Source: Eledone cirrhosa (lineage: Eukaryota). Taken from it: 64,000 nt of DNA. Each line of letters starts with the position of its first letter. Positions within the stretch are counted from its first letter, which is position 1. The notes beneath the pieces were generated by a model. It saw only the letters and a program-made list of their open reading frames with translations. It had not been told where the DNA came from and ran no database searches. Of this stretch, positions 40,407 through 54,900 are shown piece by piece. The stretch covers positions 244,962,001-245,026,000 of the forward strand of contig OZ024741.1 of assembly GCA_964016885.1 (NCBI GenBank). The letters run 5' to 3'. A program made the position numbers and the translations under genes.

Positions 40407-43400
40407 GTTCCACAGCCACAACTATTGATTTTACGGAGATATCTTGCTGAAATTCACGCCACACATAGCCAATGAGTGTCTGCACATGTACCAGTAATTA
40501 CAGATCGATCCGACCACGGGCGGCCGGCCCGCGATTGAAAAGGTAAATCCGCCGGCTAATCGTCATTTTTGGATTCGTTTTCTTCGAAGCACACCATTCG
40601 CCGGCGGACTTTGTTGACGTTTAACACGGTTTGGTTCCACAGCCACAACTATTGATTTTACGGAGATATCTTGCTGAAATTCACGCCACACATAGCCAAT
40701 GAGTATCTGCACATGTACCAGTAATTACAGATCGATCCGACCGCGGGCGGCCGGCCCGCGATTGAAAAGGTAAATCCGCCGGCTAATCGTCATTTTTGGA
40801 TTCGTTTTCTTCGAAGCACACCATTCGCCGGCGGACTTTGTTGACGTTTAACACGGTTTGGTTCCACAGCCACAACTATTGATTTTACGGAGATATCTTG
40901 CTGAAATTCACGACACACATAGCCAATGTGAGTCTGCACATGTACCAGTAATTACAGATCGATCCGACCACGGGCGGCCGGCCCGCGATTGAAAAGGTAA
41001 ATCCGCCGGCTAATCGTCATTTTTGGATTCGTTTTCTTCGAAGCACACCATTCGCCGGCGGACTTTGTTGACATTTAACACGGTTTGGTTCCACAGCCAC
41101 AACTATTGATTTTACGGAGATATCTTGCTGAAATTCACGCCACACATAGCCAATGAGTGTCTGCACATGTACCAGTAATTACAGATCGATCCGACCACGG
41201 GCGGCCGGCCCGCGATTGAAAAGGTAAATCCGCCGGCTAATCGTCATTTTTGGATTCGTTTTCTTCGAAGCACACCATTCGCCGGCGGACTTTGTTGACG
41301 TTTAACACGGTTTGGTTCCACAGCCACAACTATTGATTTTACGGAGATATCTTGCTGAAATTCACGCCACACATAGCCAATGAGTATCTGCACATGTACC
41401 AGTAATTACAGATCGATCCGACCGCGGGCGGCCGGCCCGCGATTAAAAAGGTAAATCCGCCGGCTAATTGTCATTTTTGGATTCGTTTTCTTCGAAGCAC
41501 ACCATTCGCCGGCGGACTTTGTTGACGTTTAACACGGTTTGGTTCCACAGCCACAACTATTGATTTTACGGAGATATCTTGCTGAAATTCACGCCACACA
41601 TAGCCAATGAGTGTCTGCACATGTACCAGTAATTACAGATCGATCCGACCACGGGCGGCCGGCCCGCGATTGAAAAGGTAAATCCGCCGGCTAATCGTCA
41701 TTTTTGGATTCGTTTTCTTCGAAGCACACCATTCGCCGGCGGACTTTGTTGACGTTTAACACGGTTTGGTTCCACAGCCACAACTATTGATTTTACGGAG
41801 ATATCTTGCTGAAATTCACGCCACACATAGCCAATGAGTGTCTGCACATGTACCAGTAATTACAGATCGATCCGACCGCGGGCGGCCGGCCCGCGATTAA
41901 AAAGGTAAAACCGCCGGCTAATTGTCATTTTTGGATTCGTTTTCTTCGAAGCACACCATTCGCCGGCGGACTTTGTTGACGTTTAACACGGTTTGGTTCC
42001 ACAGCCACAACTATTGATTTTACGGAGATATCTTGCTGAAATTCACGACACACATAGCCAATGTGAGTCTGCACATGTACCAGTAATTACAGATCGATCC
42101 GACCGCGGGCGGCCGGCCCGCGATTAAAAAGGTAAATCCGCCGGCTAATCGTCATTTTTGGATTCGTTTTCTTCGAAGCACACCATTCGCCGGCGGACTT
42201 TGTTGACATTTAACACGGTTTGGTTCCACAGCCACAACTATTGATTTTACGGAGATATCTTGCTGAAATTCACGCCACACATAGCCAATGAGTGTCTGCA
42301 CATGTACCAGTAATTACAGATCGATCCGACCACGGGCGGCCGGCCCGCGATTGAAAAGGTAAATCCGCCGGCTAATCGTCATTTTTGGATTCGTTTTCTT
42401 CGAAGCACACCATTCGCCGGCGGACTTTGTTGACGTTTAACACGGTTTGGTTCCACAGCCACAACTATTGATTTTACGGAGATATCTTGCTGAAATTCAC
42501 GCCACACATAGCCAATGAGTATCTGCACATGTACCAGTAATTACAGATCGATCCGACCGCGGGCGGCCGGCCCGCGATTGAAAAGGTAAATCCGCCGGCT
42601 AATCGTCATTTTTGGATTCGTTTTCTTCGAAGCACACCATTCGCCGGCGGACTTTGTTGACGTTTAACACGGTTTGGTTCCACAGCCACAACTATTGATT
42701 TTACGGAGATATCTTGCTGAAATTCACGACACACATAGCCAATGTGAGTCTGCACATGTACCAGTAATTACAGATCGATCCGACCACGGGCGGCCGGCCC
42801 GCGATTGAAAAGGTAAATCCGCCGGCTAATCGTCATTTTTGGATTCGTTTTCTTCGAAGCACACCATTCGCCGGCGGACTTTGTTGACATTTAACACGGT
42901 TTGGTTCCACAGCCACAACTATTGATTTTACGGAGATATCTTGCTGAAATTCACGCCACACATAGCCAATGAGTGTCTGCACATGTACCAGTAATTACAG
43001 ATCGATCCGACCACGGGCGGCCGGCCCGCGATTGAAAAGGTAAATCCGCCGGCTAATCGTCATTTTTGGATTCGTTTTCTTCGAAGCACACCATTCGCCG
43101 GCGGACTTTGTTGACGTTTAACACGGTTTGGTTCCACAGCCACAACTATTGATTTTACGGAGATATCTTGCTGAAATTCACGCCACACATAGCCAATGAG
43201 TATCTGCACATGTACCAGTAATTACAGATCGATCCGACCGCGGGCGGCCGGCCCGCGATTAAAAAGGTAAATCCGCCGGCTAATTGTCATTTTTGGATTC
43301 GTTTTCTTCGAAGCACACCATTCGCCGGCGGACTTTGTTGACGTTTAACACGGTTTGGTTCCACAGCCACAACTATTGATTTTACGGAGATATCTTGCTG

Positions 43401-44038
43401 AAATTCACGCCACACATAGCCAATGAGTGTCTGCACATGTACCAGTAATTACAGATCGATCCGACCACGGGCGGCCGGCCCGCGATTGAAAAGGTAAATC
43501 CGCCGGCTAATCGTCATTTTTGGATTCGTTTTCTTCGAAGCACACCATTCGCCGGCGGACTTTGTTGACGTTTAACACGGTTTGGTTCCACAGCCACAAC
43601 TATTGATTTTACGGAGATATCTTGCTGAAATTCACGCCACACATAGCCAATGAGTGTCTGCACATGTACCAGTAATTACAGATCGATCCGACCGCGGGCG
43701 GCCGGCCCGCGATTAAAAAGGTAAAACCGCCGGCTAATTGTCATTTTTGGATTCGTTTTCTTCGAAGCACACCATTCGCCGGCGGACTTTGTTGACGTTT
43801 AACACGGTTTGGTTCCACAGCCACAACTATTGATTTTACGGAGATATCTTGCTGAAATTCACGACACACATAGCCAATGTGAGTCTGCACATGTACCAGT
43901 AATTACAGATCGATCCGACCGCGGGCGGCCGGCCCGCGATTAAAAAGGTAAATCCGCCGGCTAATCGTCATTTTTGGATTCGTTTTCTTCGAAGCACACC
44001 ATTCGCCGGCGGACTTTGTTGACATTTAACACGGTTTG
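40407..44038. repeat. 8-mer higher-order repeat CDBCECKP (1816 bp), two tandem copies; third copy at 46307-48122
   Basis: K+P pairs occur at 41769/41996, 43585/43812 and 47669/47896. Confidence 0.85.
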
Positions 44039-44492
44039 GTTCCACAGCCACAACTATTGATTTTACGGAGATATCTTGCTGAAATTCACGCCACACATAG
44101 CCAATGAGTGTCTGCACATGTACCAGTAATTACAGATCGATCCGACCACGGGCGGCCGGCCCGCGATTGAAAAGGTAAATCCGCCGGCTAATCGTCATTT
44201 TTGGATTCGTTTTCTTCGAAGCACACCATTCGCCGGCGGACTTTGTTGACGTTTAACACGGTTTGGTTCCACAGCCACAACTATTGATTTTACGGAGATA
44301 TCTTGCTGAAATTCACGCCACACATAGCCAATGAGTATCTGCACATGTACCAGTAATTACAGATCGATCCGACCGCGGGCGGCCGGCCCGCGATTGAAAA
44401 GGTAAATCCGCCGGCTAATCGTCATTTTTGGATTCGTTTTCTTCGAAGCACACCATTCGCCGGCGGACTTTGTTGACGTTTAACACGGTTTG

Positions 44493-44717
44493 GTTCCACA
44501 GCCACAACTATTGATTTTACGGAGATATCTTGCTGAAATTCACGACACACAGCCAATGTGAGTCTGCACATGTACCAGTAATTACAGATCGATCCGACCA
44601 CGGGCGGCCGGCCCGCGATTGAAAAGGTAAATCCGCCGGCTAATCGTCATTTTTGGATTCGTTTTCTTCGAAGCACACCATTCGCCGGCGGACTTTGTTG
44701 ACATTTAACACGGTTTG
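44493..44717. repeat. 225-bp monomer (2-bp deletion at m59-60)
   Basis: It reads CACGACACACAGCCAATGTG instead of CACGACACACATAGCCAATGTG. The next monomer starts at 44718. Confidence 0.95.
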
Positions 44718-47700
44718 GTTCCACAGCCACAACTATTGATTTTACGGAGATATCTTGCTGAAATTCACGCCACACATAGCCAATGAGTGTCTGCACATGT
44801 ACCAGTAATTACAGATCGATCCGACCACGGGCGGCCGGCCCGCGATTGAAAAGGTAAATCCGCCGGCTAATCGTCATTTTTGGATTCGTTTTCTTCGAAG
44901 CACACCATTCGCCGGCGGACTTTGTTGACGTTTAACACGGTTTGGTTCCACAGCCACAACTATTGATTTTACGGAGATATCTTGCTGAAATTCACGCCAC
45001 ACATAGCCAATGAGTATCTGCACATGTACCAGTAATTACAGATCGATCCGACCGCGGGCGGCCGGCCCGCGATTAAAAAGGTAAATCCGCCGGCTAATTG
45101 TCATTTTTGGATTCGTTTTCTTCGAAGCACACCATTCGCCGGCGGACTTTGTTGACGTTTAACACGGTTTGGTTCCACAGCCACAACTATTGATTTTACG
45201 GAGATATCTTGCTGAAATTCACGCCACACATAGCCAATGAGTGTCTGCACATGTACCAGTAATTACAGATCGATCCGACCACGGGCGGCCGGCCCGCGAT
45301 TGAAAAGGTAAATCCGCCGGCTAATCGTCATTTTTGGATTCGTTTTCTTCGAAGCACACCAATCGCCGGCGGACTTTGTTGACGTTTAACACGGTTTGGT
45401 TCCACAGCCACAACTATTGATTTTACGGAGATATCTTGCTGAAATTCACGCCACACATAGCCAATGAGTATCTGCACATGTACCAGTAATTACAGATCGA
45501 TCCGACCGCGGGCGGCCGGCCCGCGATTAAAAAGGTAAATCCGCCGGCTAATCGTCATTTTTGGATTCGTTTTCTTCGAAGCACACCATTCGCCGGCGGA
45601 CTTTGTTGACATTTAACACGGTTTGGTTCCACAGCCACAACTATTGATTTTACGGAGATATCTTGCTGAAATTCACGCCACACATAGCCAATGAGTGTCT
45701 GCACATGTACCAGTAATTACAGATCGATCCGACCACGGGCGGCCGGCCCGCGATTGAAAAGGTAAATCCGCCGGCTAATCGTCATTTTTGGATTCGTTTT
45801 CTTCGAAGCACACCATTCGCCGGCGGACTTTGTTGACGTTTAACACGGTTTGGTTCCACAGCCACAACTATTGATTTTACGGAGATATCTTGCTGAAATT
45901 CACGCCACACATAGCCAATGAGTATCTGCACATGTACCAGTAATTACAGATCGATCCGACCGCGGGCGGCCGGCCCGCGATTGAAAAGGTAAATCCGCCG
46001 GCTAATCGTCATTTTTGGATTCGTTTTCTTCGAAGCACACCATTCGCCGGCGGACTTTGTTGACGTTTAACACGGTTTGGTTCCACAGCCACAACTATTG
46101 ATTTTACGGAGATATCTTGCTGAAATTCACGACACACATAGCCAATGTGAGTCTGCACATGTACCAGTAATTACAGATCGATCCGACCACGGGCGGCCGG
46201 CCCGCGATTGAAAAAGTAAATCCGCCGGCTAATCGTCATTTTTGGATTCGTTTTCTTCGAAGCACACCATTCGCCGGCGGACTTTGTTGACATTTAACAC
46301 GGTTTGGTTCCACAGCCACAACTATTGATTTTACGGAGATATCTTGCTGAAATTCACGCCACACATAGCCAATGAGTGTCTGCACATGTACCAGTAATTA
46401 CAGATCGATCCGACCACGGGCGGCCGGCCCGCGATTGAAAAGGTAAATCCGCCGGCTAATCGTCATTTTTGGATTCGTTTTCTTCGAAGCACACCATTCG
46501 CCGGCGGACTTTGTTGACGTTTAACACGGTTTGGTTCCACAGCCACAACTATTGATTTTACGGAGATATCTTGCTGAAATTCACGCCACACATAGCCAAT
46601 GAGTATCTGCACATGTACCAGTAATTACAGATCGATCCGACCGCGGGCGGCCGGCCCGCGATTGAAAAGGTAAATCCGCCGGCTAATCGTCATTTTTGGA
46701 TTCGTTTTCTTCGAAGCACACCATTCGCCGGCGGACTTTGTTGACGTTTAACACGGTTTGGTTCCACAGCCACAACTATTGATTTTACGGAGATATCTTG
46801 CTGAAATTCACGACACACATAGCCAATGTGAGTCTGCACATGTACCAGTAATTACAGATCGATCCGACCACGGGCGGCCGGCCCGCGATTGAAAAGGTAA
46901 ATCCGCCGGCTAATCGTCATTTTTGGATTCGTTTTCTTCGAAGCACACCATTCGCCGGCGGACTTTGTTGACATTTAACACGGTTTGGTTCCACAGCCAC
47001 AACTATTGATTTTACGGAGATATCTTGCTGAAATTCACGCCACACATAGCCAATGAGTGTCTGCACATGTACCAGTAATTACAGATCGATCCGACCACGG
47101 GCGGCCGGCCCGCGATTGAAAAGGTAAATCCGCCGGCTAATCGTCATTTTTGGATTCGTTTTCTTCGAAGCACACCATTCGCCGGCGGACTTTGTTGACG
47201 TTTAACACGGTTTGGTTCCACAGCCACAACTATTGATTTTACGGAGATATCTTGCTGAAATTCACGCCACACATAGCCAATGAGTATCTGCACATGTACC
47301 AGTAATTACAGATCGATCCGACCGCGGGCGGCCGGCCCGCGATTAAAAAGGTAAATCCGCCGGCTAATTGTCATTTTTGGATTCGTTTTCTTCGAAGCAC
47401 ACCATTCGCCGGCGGACTTTGTTGACGTTTAACACGGTTTGGTTCCACAGCCACAACTATTGATTTTACGGAGATATCTTGCTGAAATTCACGCCACACA
47501 TAGCCAATGAGTGTCTGCACATGTACCAGTAATTACAGATCGATCCGACCACGGGCGGCCGGCCCGCGATTGAAAAGGTAAATCCGCCGGCTAATCGTCA
47601 TTTTTGGATTCGTTTTCTTCGAAGCACACCATTCGCCGGCGGACTTTGTTGACGTTTAACACGGTTTGGTTCCACAGCCACAACTATTGATTTTACGGAG

Positions 47701-48576
47701 ATATCTTGCTGAAATTCACGCCACACATAGCCAATGAGTGTCTGCACATGTACCAGTAATTACAGATCGATCCGACCGCGGGCGGCCGGCCCGCGATTAA
47801 AAAGGTAAAACCGCCGGCTAATTGTCATTTTTGGATTCGTTTTCTTCGAAGCACACCATTCGCCGGCGGACTTTGTTGACGTTTAACACGGTTTGGTTCC
47901 ACAGCCACAACTATTGATTTTACGGAGATATCTTGCTGAAATTCACGACACACATAGCCAATGTGAGTCTGCACATGTACCAGTAATTACAGATCGATCC
48001 GACCGCGGGCGGCCGGCCCGCGATTAAAAAGGTAAATCCGCCGGCTAATCGTCATTTTTGGATTCGTTTTCTTCGAAGCACACCATTCGCCGGCGGACTT
48101 TGTTGACATTTAACACGGTTTGGTTCCACAGCCACAACTATTGATTTTACGGAGATATCTTGCTGAAATTCACGCCACACATAGCCAATGAGTGTCTGCA
48201 CATGTACCAGTAATTACAGATCGATCCGACCACGGGCGGCCGGCCCGCGATTGAAAAGGTAAATCCGCCGGCTAATCGTCATTTTTGGATTCGTTTTCTT
48301 CGAAGCACACCATTCGCCGGCGGACTTTGTTGACGTTTAACACGGTTTGGTTCCACAGCCACAACTATTGATTTTACGGAGATATCTTGCTGAAATTCAC
48401 GCCACACATAGCCAATGAGTATCTGCACATGTACCAGTAATTACAGATCGATCCGACCGCGGGCGGCCGGCCCGCGATTGAAAAGGTAAATCCGCCGGCT
48501 AATCGTCATTTTTGGATTCGTTTTCTTCGAAGCACACCATTCGCCGGCGGACTTTGTTGACGTTTAACACGGTTTG

Positions 48577-48801
48577 GTTCCACAGCCACAACTATTGATT
48601 TTACGGAGATATCTTGCTGAAATTCACGACACACAGCCAATGTGAGTCTGCACATGTACCAGTAATTACAGATCGATCCGACCACGGGCGGCCGGCCCGC
48701 GATTGAAAAGGTAAATCCGCCGGCTAATCGTCATTTTTGGATTCGTTTTCTTCGAAGCACACCATTCGCCGGCGGACTTTGTTGACATTTAACACGGTTT
48801 G
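48577..48801. repeat. 225-bp monomer (same 2-bp deletion)
   Basis: GACACACAGCCAATGTG near 48635. The next monomer starts at 48802. Confidence 0.95.
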
Positions 48802-49255
48802 GTTCCACAGCCACAACTATTGATTTTACGGAGATATCTTGCTGAAATTCACGCCACACATAGCCAATGAGTGTCTGCACATGTACCAGTAATTACAGAT
48901 CGATCCGACCACGGGCGGCCGGCCCGCGATTGAAAAGGTAAATCCGCCGGCTAATCGTCATTTTTGGATTCGTTTTCTTCGAAGCACACCATTCGCCGGC
49001 GGACTTTGTTGACGTTTAACACGGTTTGGTTCCACAGCCACAACTATTGATTTTACGGAGATATCTTGCTGAAATTCACGCCACACATAGCCAATGAGTA
49101 TCTGCACATGTACCAGTAATTACAGATCGATCCGACCGCGGGCGGCCGGCCCGCGATTGAAAAGGTAAATCCGCCGGCTAATCGTCATTTTTGGATTCGT
49201 TTTCTTCGAAGCACACCATTCGCCGGCGGACTTTGTTGACGTTTAACACGGTTTG

Positions 49256-49480
49256 GTTCCACAGCCACAACTATTGATTTTACGGAGATATCTTGCTGAA
49301 ATTCACGACACACAGCCAATGTGAGTCTGCACATGTACCAGTAATTACAGATCGATCCGACCACGGGCGGCCGGCCCGCGATTGAAAAGGTAAATCCGCC
49401 GGCTAATCGTCATTTTTGGATTCGTTTTCTTCGAAGCACACCATTCGCCGGCGGACTTTGTTGACATTTAACACGGTTTG
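49256..49480. repeat. 225-bp monomer (same 2-bp deletion)
   Basis: GACACACAGCCAATGTG near 49314. The next monomer starts at 49481. Confidence 0.95.
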
Positions 49481-51977
49481 GTTCCACAGCCACAACTATT
49501 GATTTTACGGAGATATCTTGCTGAAATTCACGCCACACATAGCCAATGAGTGTCTGCACATGTACCAGTAATTACAGATCGATCCGACCACGGGCGGCCG
49601 GCCCGCGATTGAAAAGGTAAATCCGCCGGCTAATCGTCATTTTTGGATTCGTTTTCTTCGAAGCACACCATTCGCCGGCGGACTTTGTTGACGTTTAACA
49701 CGGTTTGGTTCCACAGCCACAACTATTGATTTTACGGAGATATCTTGCTGAAATTCACGCCACACATAGCCAATGAGTATCTGCACATGTACCAGTAATT
49801 ACAGATCGATCCGACCGCGGGCGGCCGGCCCGCGATTAAAAAGGTAAATCCGCCGGCTAATTGTCATTTTTGGATTCGTTTTCTTCGAAGCACACCATTC
49901 GCCGGCGGACTTTGTTGACGTTTAACACGGTTTGGTTCCACAGCCACAACTATTGATTTTACGGAGATATCTTGCTGAAATTCACGCCACACATAGCCAA
50001 TGAGTGTCTGCACATGTACCAGTAATTACAGATCGATCCGACCACGGGCGGCCGGCCCGCGATTGAAAAGGTAAATCCGCCGGCTAATCGTCATTTTTGG
50101 ATTCGTTTTCTTCGAAGCACACCAATCGCCGGCGGACTTTGTTGACGTTTAACACGGTTTGGTTCCACAGCCACAACTATTGATTTTACGGAGATATCTT
50201 GCTGAAATTCACGCCACACATAGCCAATGAGTATCTGCACATGTACCAGTAATTACAGATCGATCCGACCGCGGGCGGCCGGCCCGCGATTAAAAAGGTA
50301 AATCCGCCGGCTAATCGTCATTTTTGGATTCGTTTTCTTCGAAGCACACCATTCGCCGGCGGACTTTGTTGACATTTAACACGGTTTGGTTCCACAGCCA
50401 CAACTATTGATTTTACGGAGATATCTTGCTGAAATTCACGCCACACATAGCCAATGAGTGTCTGCACATGTACCAGTAATTACAGATCGATCCGACCACG
50501 GGCGGCCGGCCCGCGATTGAAAAGGTAAATCCGCCGGCTAATCGTCATTTTTGGATTCGTTTTCTTCGAAGCACACCATTCGCCGGCGGACTTTGTTGAC
50601 GTTTAACACGGTTTGGTTCCACAGCCACAACTATTGATTTTACGGAGATATCTTGCTGAAATTCACGCCACACATAGCCAATGAGTATCTGCACATGTAC
50701 CAGTAATTACAGATCGATCCGACCGCGGGCGGCCGGCCCGCGATTGAAAAGGTAAATCCGCCGGCTAATCGTCATTTTTGGATTCGTTTTCTTCGAAGCA
50801 CACCATTCGCCGGCGGACTTTGTTGACGTTTAACACGGTTTGGTTCCACAGCCACAACTATTGATTTTACGGAGATATCTTGCTGAAATTCACGACACAC
50901 ATAGCCAATGTGAGTCTGCACATGTACCAGTAATTACAGATCGATCCGACCACGGGCGGCCGGCCCGCGATTGAAAAAGTAAATCCGCCGGCTAATCGTC
51001 ATTTTTGGATTCGTTTTCTTCGAAGCACACCATTCGCCGGCGGACTTTGTTGACATTTAACACGGTTTGGTTCCACAGCCACAACTATTGATTTTACGGA
51101 GATATCTTGCTGAAATTCACGCCACACATAGCCAATGAGTGTCTGCACATGTACCAGTAATTACAGATCGATCCGACCACGGGCGGCCGGCCCGCGATTG
51201 AAAAGGTAAATCCGCCGGCTAATCGTCATTTTTGGATTCGTTTTCTTCGAAGCACACCATTCGCCGGCGGACTTTGTTGACGTTTAACACGGTTTGGTTC
51301 CACAGCCACAACTATTGATTTTACGGAGATATCTTGCTGAAATTCACGCCACACATAGCCAATGAGTATCTGCACATGTACCAGTAATTACAGATCGATC
51401 CGACCGCGGGCGGCCGGCCCGCGATTGAAAAGGTAAATCCGCCGGCTAATCGTCATTTTTGGATTCGTTTTCTTCGAAGCACACCATTCGCCGGCGGACT
51501 TTGTTGACGTTTAACACGGTTTGGTTCCACAGCCACAACTATTGATTTTACGGAGATATCTTGCTGAAATTCACGACACACATAGCCAATGTGAGTCTGC
51601 ACATGTACCAGTAATTACAGATCGATCCGACCACGGGCGGCCGGCCCGCGATTGAAAAGGTAAATCCGCCGGCTAATCGTCATTTTTGGATTCGTTTTCT
51701 TCGAAGCACACCATTCGCCGGCGGACTTTGTTGACATTTAACACGGTTTGGTTCCACAGCCACAACTATTGATTTTACGGAGATATCTTGCTGAAATTCA
51801 CGACACACATAGCCAATGTGAGTCTGCACATGTACCAGTAATTACAGATCGATCCGACCACGGGCGGCCGGCCCGCGATTGAAAAGGTAAATCCGCCGGC
51901 TAATCGTCATTTTTGGATTCGTTTTCTTCGAAGCACACCATTCGCCGGCGGACTTTGTTGACGTTTAACACGGTTTG

Positions 51978-54900
51978 GTTCCACAGCCACAACTATTGAT
52001 TTTACGGAGATATCTTGCTGAAATTCACGCCACACATAGCCAATGAGTATCTGCACATGTACCAGTAATTACAGATCGATCCGACCGCGGGCGGCCGGCC
52101 CGCGATTAAAAAGGTAAATCCGCCGGCTAATTGTCATTTTTGGATTCGTTTTCTTCGAAGCACACCATTCGCCGGCGGACTTTGTTGACGTTTAACACGG
52201 TTTGGTTCCACAGCCACAACTATTGATTTTACGGAGATATCTTGCTGAAATTCACGCCACACATAGCCAATGAGTGTCTGCACATGTACCAGTAATTACA
52301 GATCGATCCGACCACGGGCGGCCGGCCCGCGATTGAAAAGGTAAATCCGCCGGCTAATCGTCATTTTTGGATTCGTTTTCTTCGAAGCACACCATTCGCC
52401 GGCGGACTTTGTTGACGTTTAACACGGTTTGGTTCCACAGCCACAACTATTGATTTTACGGAGATATCTTGCTGAAATTCACGCCACACATAGCCAATGA
52501 GTGTCTGCACATGTACCAGTAATTACAGATCGATCCGACCACGGGCGGCCGGCCCGCGATTGAAAAGGTAAATCCGCTGGCTAATCGTCATTTTTGGATT
52601 CGTTTTCTTCGAAGCACACCATTCGCCGGCGGACTTTGTTGACGTTTAACACGGTTTGGTTCCACAGCCACAACTATTGATTTTACGGAGATATCTTGCT
52701 GAAATTCACGCCACACATAGCCAATGAGTATCTGCACATGTACCAGTAATTACAGATCGATCCGACCGCGGGCGGCCGGCCCGCGATTAAAAAGGTAAAA
52801 CCGCCGGCTAATTGTCATTTTTGGATTCGTTTTCTTCGAAGCACACCATTCGCCGGCGGACTTTGTTGACGTTTAACACGGTTTGGTTCCACAGCCACAA
52901 CTATTGATTTTACGGAGATATCTTGCTGAAATTCACGACACACATAGCCAATGTGAGTCTGCACATGTACCAGTAATTACAGATCGATCCGACCACGGGC
53001 GGCCGGCCCGCGATTGAAAAGGTAAATCCGCCGGCTAATCGTCATTTTTGGATTCGTTTTCTTCGAAGCACACCATTCGCCGGCGGACTTTGTTGACGTT
53101 TAACACCGTTTGGTTCCACAGCCACAACTATTGATTTTACGGAGATATCTTGCTGAAATTCACGCCACACATAGCCAATGGGTGTCTGCACATGTACCAG
53201 TAATTACAGATCGATCCGACCACGGGCGGCCGGCCCGCGATTGAAAAGGTAAATCCGCCGGCTAACCGTCATTTTTGGATTCGTTTTCTTCGAAGCACAC
53301 CATTCGCCGGCGGACTTTGTTGACGTTTAACACGGTTTGGTTCCACAGCCACAACTATTGATTTTACGGAGATATCTTGCTGAAATTCACGCCACACATA
53401 GCCAATGAGTGTCTGCACATGTACCAGTAATTACAGATCGATCCGACCACGGGCGGCCGGCCCGCGATTGAAAAGGTAAATCCGCCGGCTAATCGTCATT
53501 TTTGGATTCGTTTTCTTCGAAGCACACCATTCGCCGGCGGACTTTGTTGACGTTTAACACGGTTTGGTTCCACAGCCACAACTATTGATTTTACGGAGAT
53601 ATCTTGCTGAAATTCACGCCACACATAGCCAATGAGTGTCTGCACATGTACCAGTAATTACAGATCGATCCGACCGCGGGCGGCCGGCCCGCGATTGAAA
53701 AGGTAAATCCGCCGGCTAATAGTCATTTTTGGATTCGTTTTCTTCGAAGCACACCATTCGCCGGCGGACTTTGTTGACGTTTAACACGGTTTGGTTCCAC
53801 AGCCACAACTATTGATTTTACGGAGATATCTTGCTGAAATTCACGCCACACATAGCCAATGAGTATCTGCACATGTACCAGTAATTACAGATCGATCCGA
53901 CCGCGGGCGGCCGGCCCGCGATTAAAAAGGTAAATCCGCCGGCTAATCGTCATTTTTGGATTCGTTTTCTTCGAAGCACACCATTCGCCGGCGGACTTTG
54001 TTGACGTTTAACACGGTTTGGTTCCACAGCCACAACTATTGATTTTACGGAGATATCTTGCTGAAATTCACGACACACATAGCCAATGTGAGTCTGCACA
54101 TGTACCAGTAATTACAGATCGATCCGACCACGGGCGGCCGGCCCGCGATTGAAAAGGTAAATCCGCCGGCTAATCGTCATTTTTGGATTCGTTTTCTTCG
54201 AAGCACACCATTCGCCGGCGGACTTTGTTGACGTTTAACACCGTTTGGTTCCACAGCCACAACTATTGATTTTACGGAGATATCTTGCTGAAATTCACGC
54301 CACACATAGCCAATGGGTGTCTGCACATGTACCAGTAATTACAGATCGATCCGACCACGGGCGGCCGGCCCGCGATTGAAAAGGTAAATCCGCCGGCTAA
54401 CCGTCATTTTTGGATTCGTTTTCTTCGAAGCACACCATTCGCCGGCGGACTTTGTTGACGTTTAACACGGTTTGGTTCCACAGCCACAACTATTGATTTT
54501 ACGGAGATATCTTGCTGAAATTCACGCCACACATAGCCAATGAGTGTCTGCACATGTACCAGTAATTACAGATCGATCCGACCACGGGCGGCCGGCCCGC
54601 GATTGAAAAGGTAAATCCGCCGGCTAATCGTCATTTTTGGATTCGTTTTCTTCGAAGCACACCATTCGCCGGCGGACTTTGTTGACGTTTAACACGGTTT
54701 GGTTCCACAGCCACAACTATTGATTTTACGGAGATATCTTGCTGAAATTCACGCCACACATAGCCAATGAGTGTCTGCACATGTACCAGTAATTACAGAT
54801 CGATCCGACCGCGGGCGGCCGGCCCGCGATTGAAAAGGTAAATCCGCCGGCTAATAGTCATTTTTGGATTCGTTTTCTTCGAAGCACACCATTCGCCGGC

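Larger units (their letters stand above)
42223..51750. repeat. 18-monomer tandem duplication with a nested trimer duplication
   Basis: Deletion monomers are at 44493, 48577 and 49256. T191A at 45362/50125 and G136A at 46215/50978 are offset by 4763 bp = 21 monomers minus 4 bp. Confidence 0.88.
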
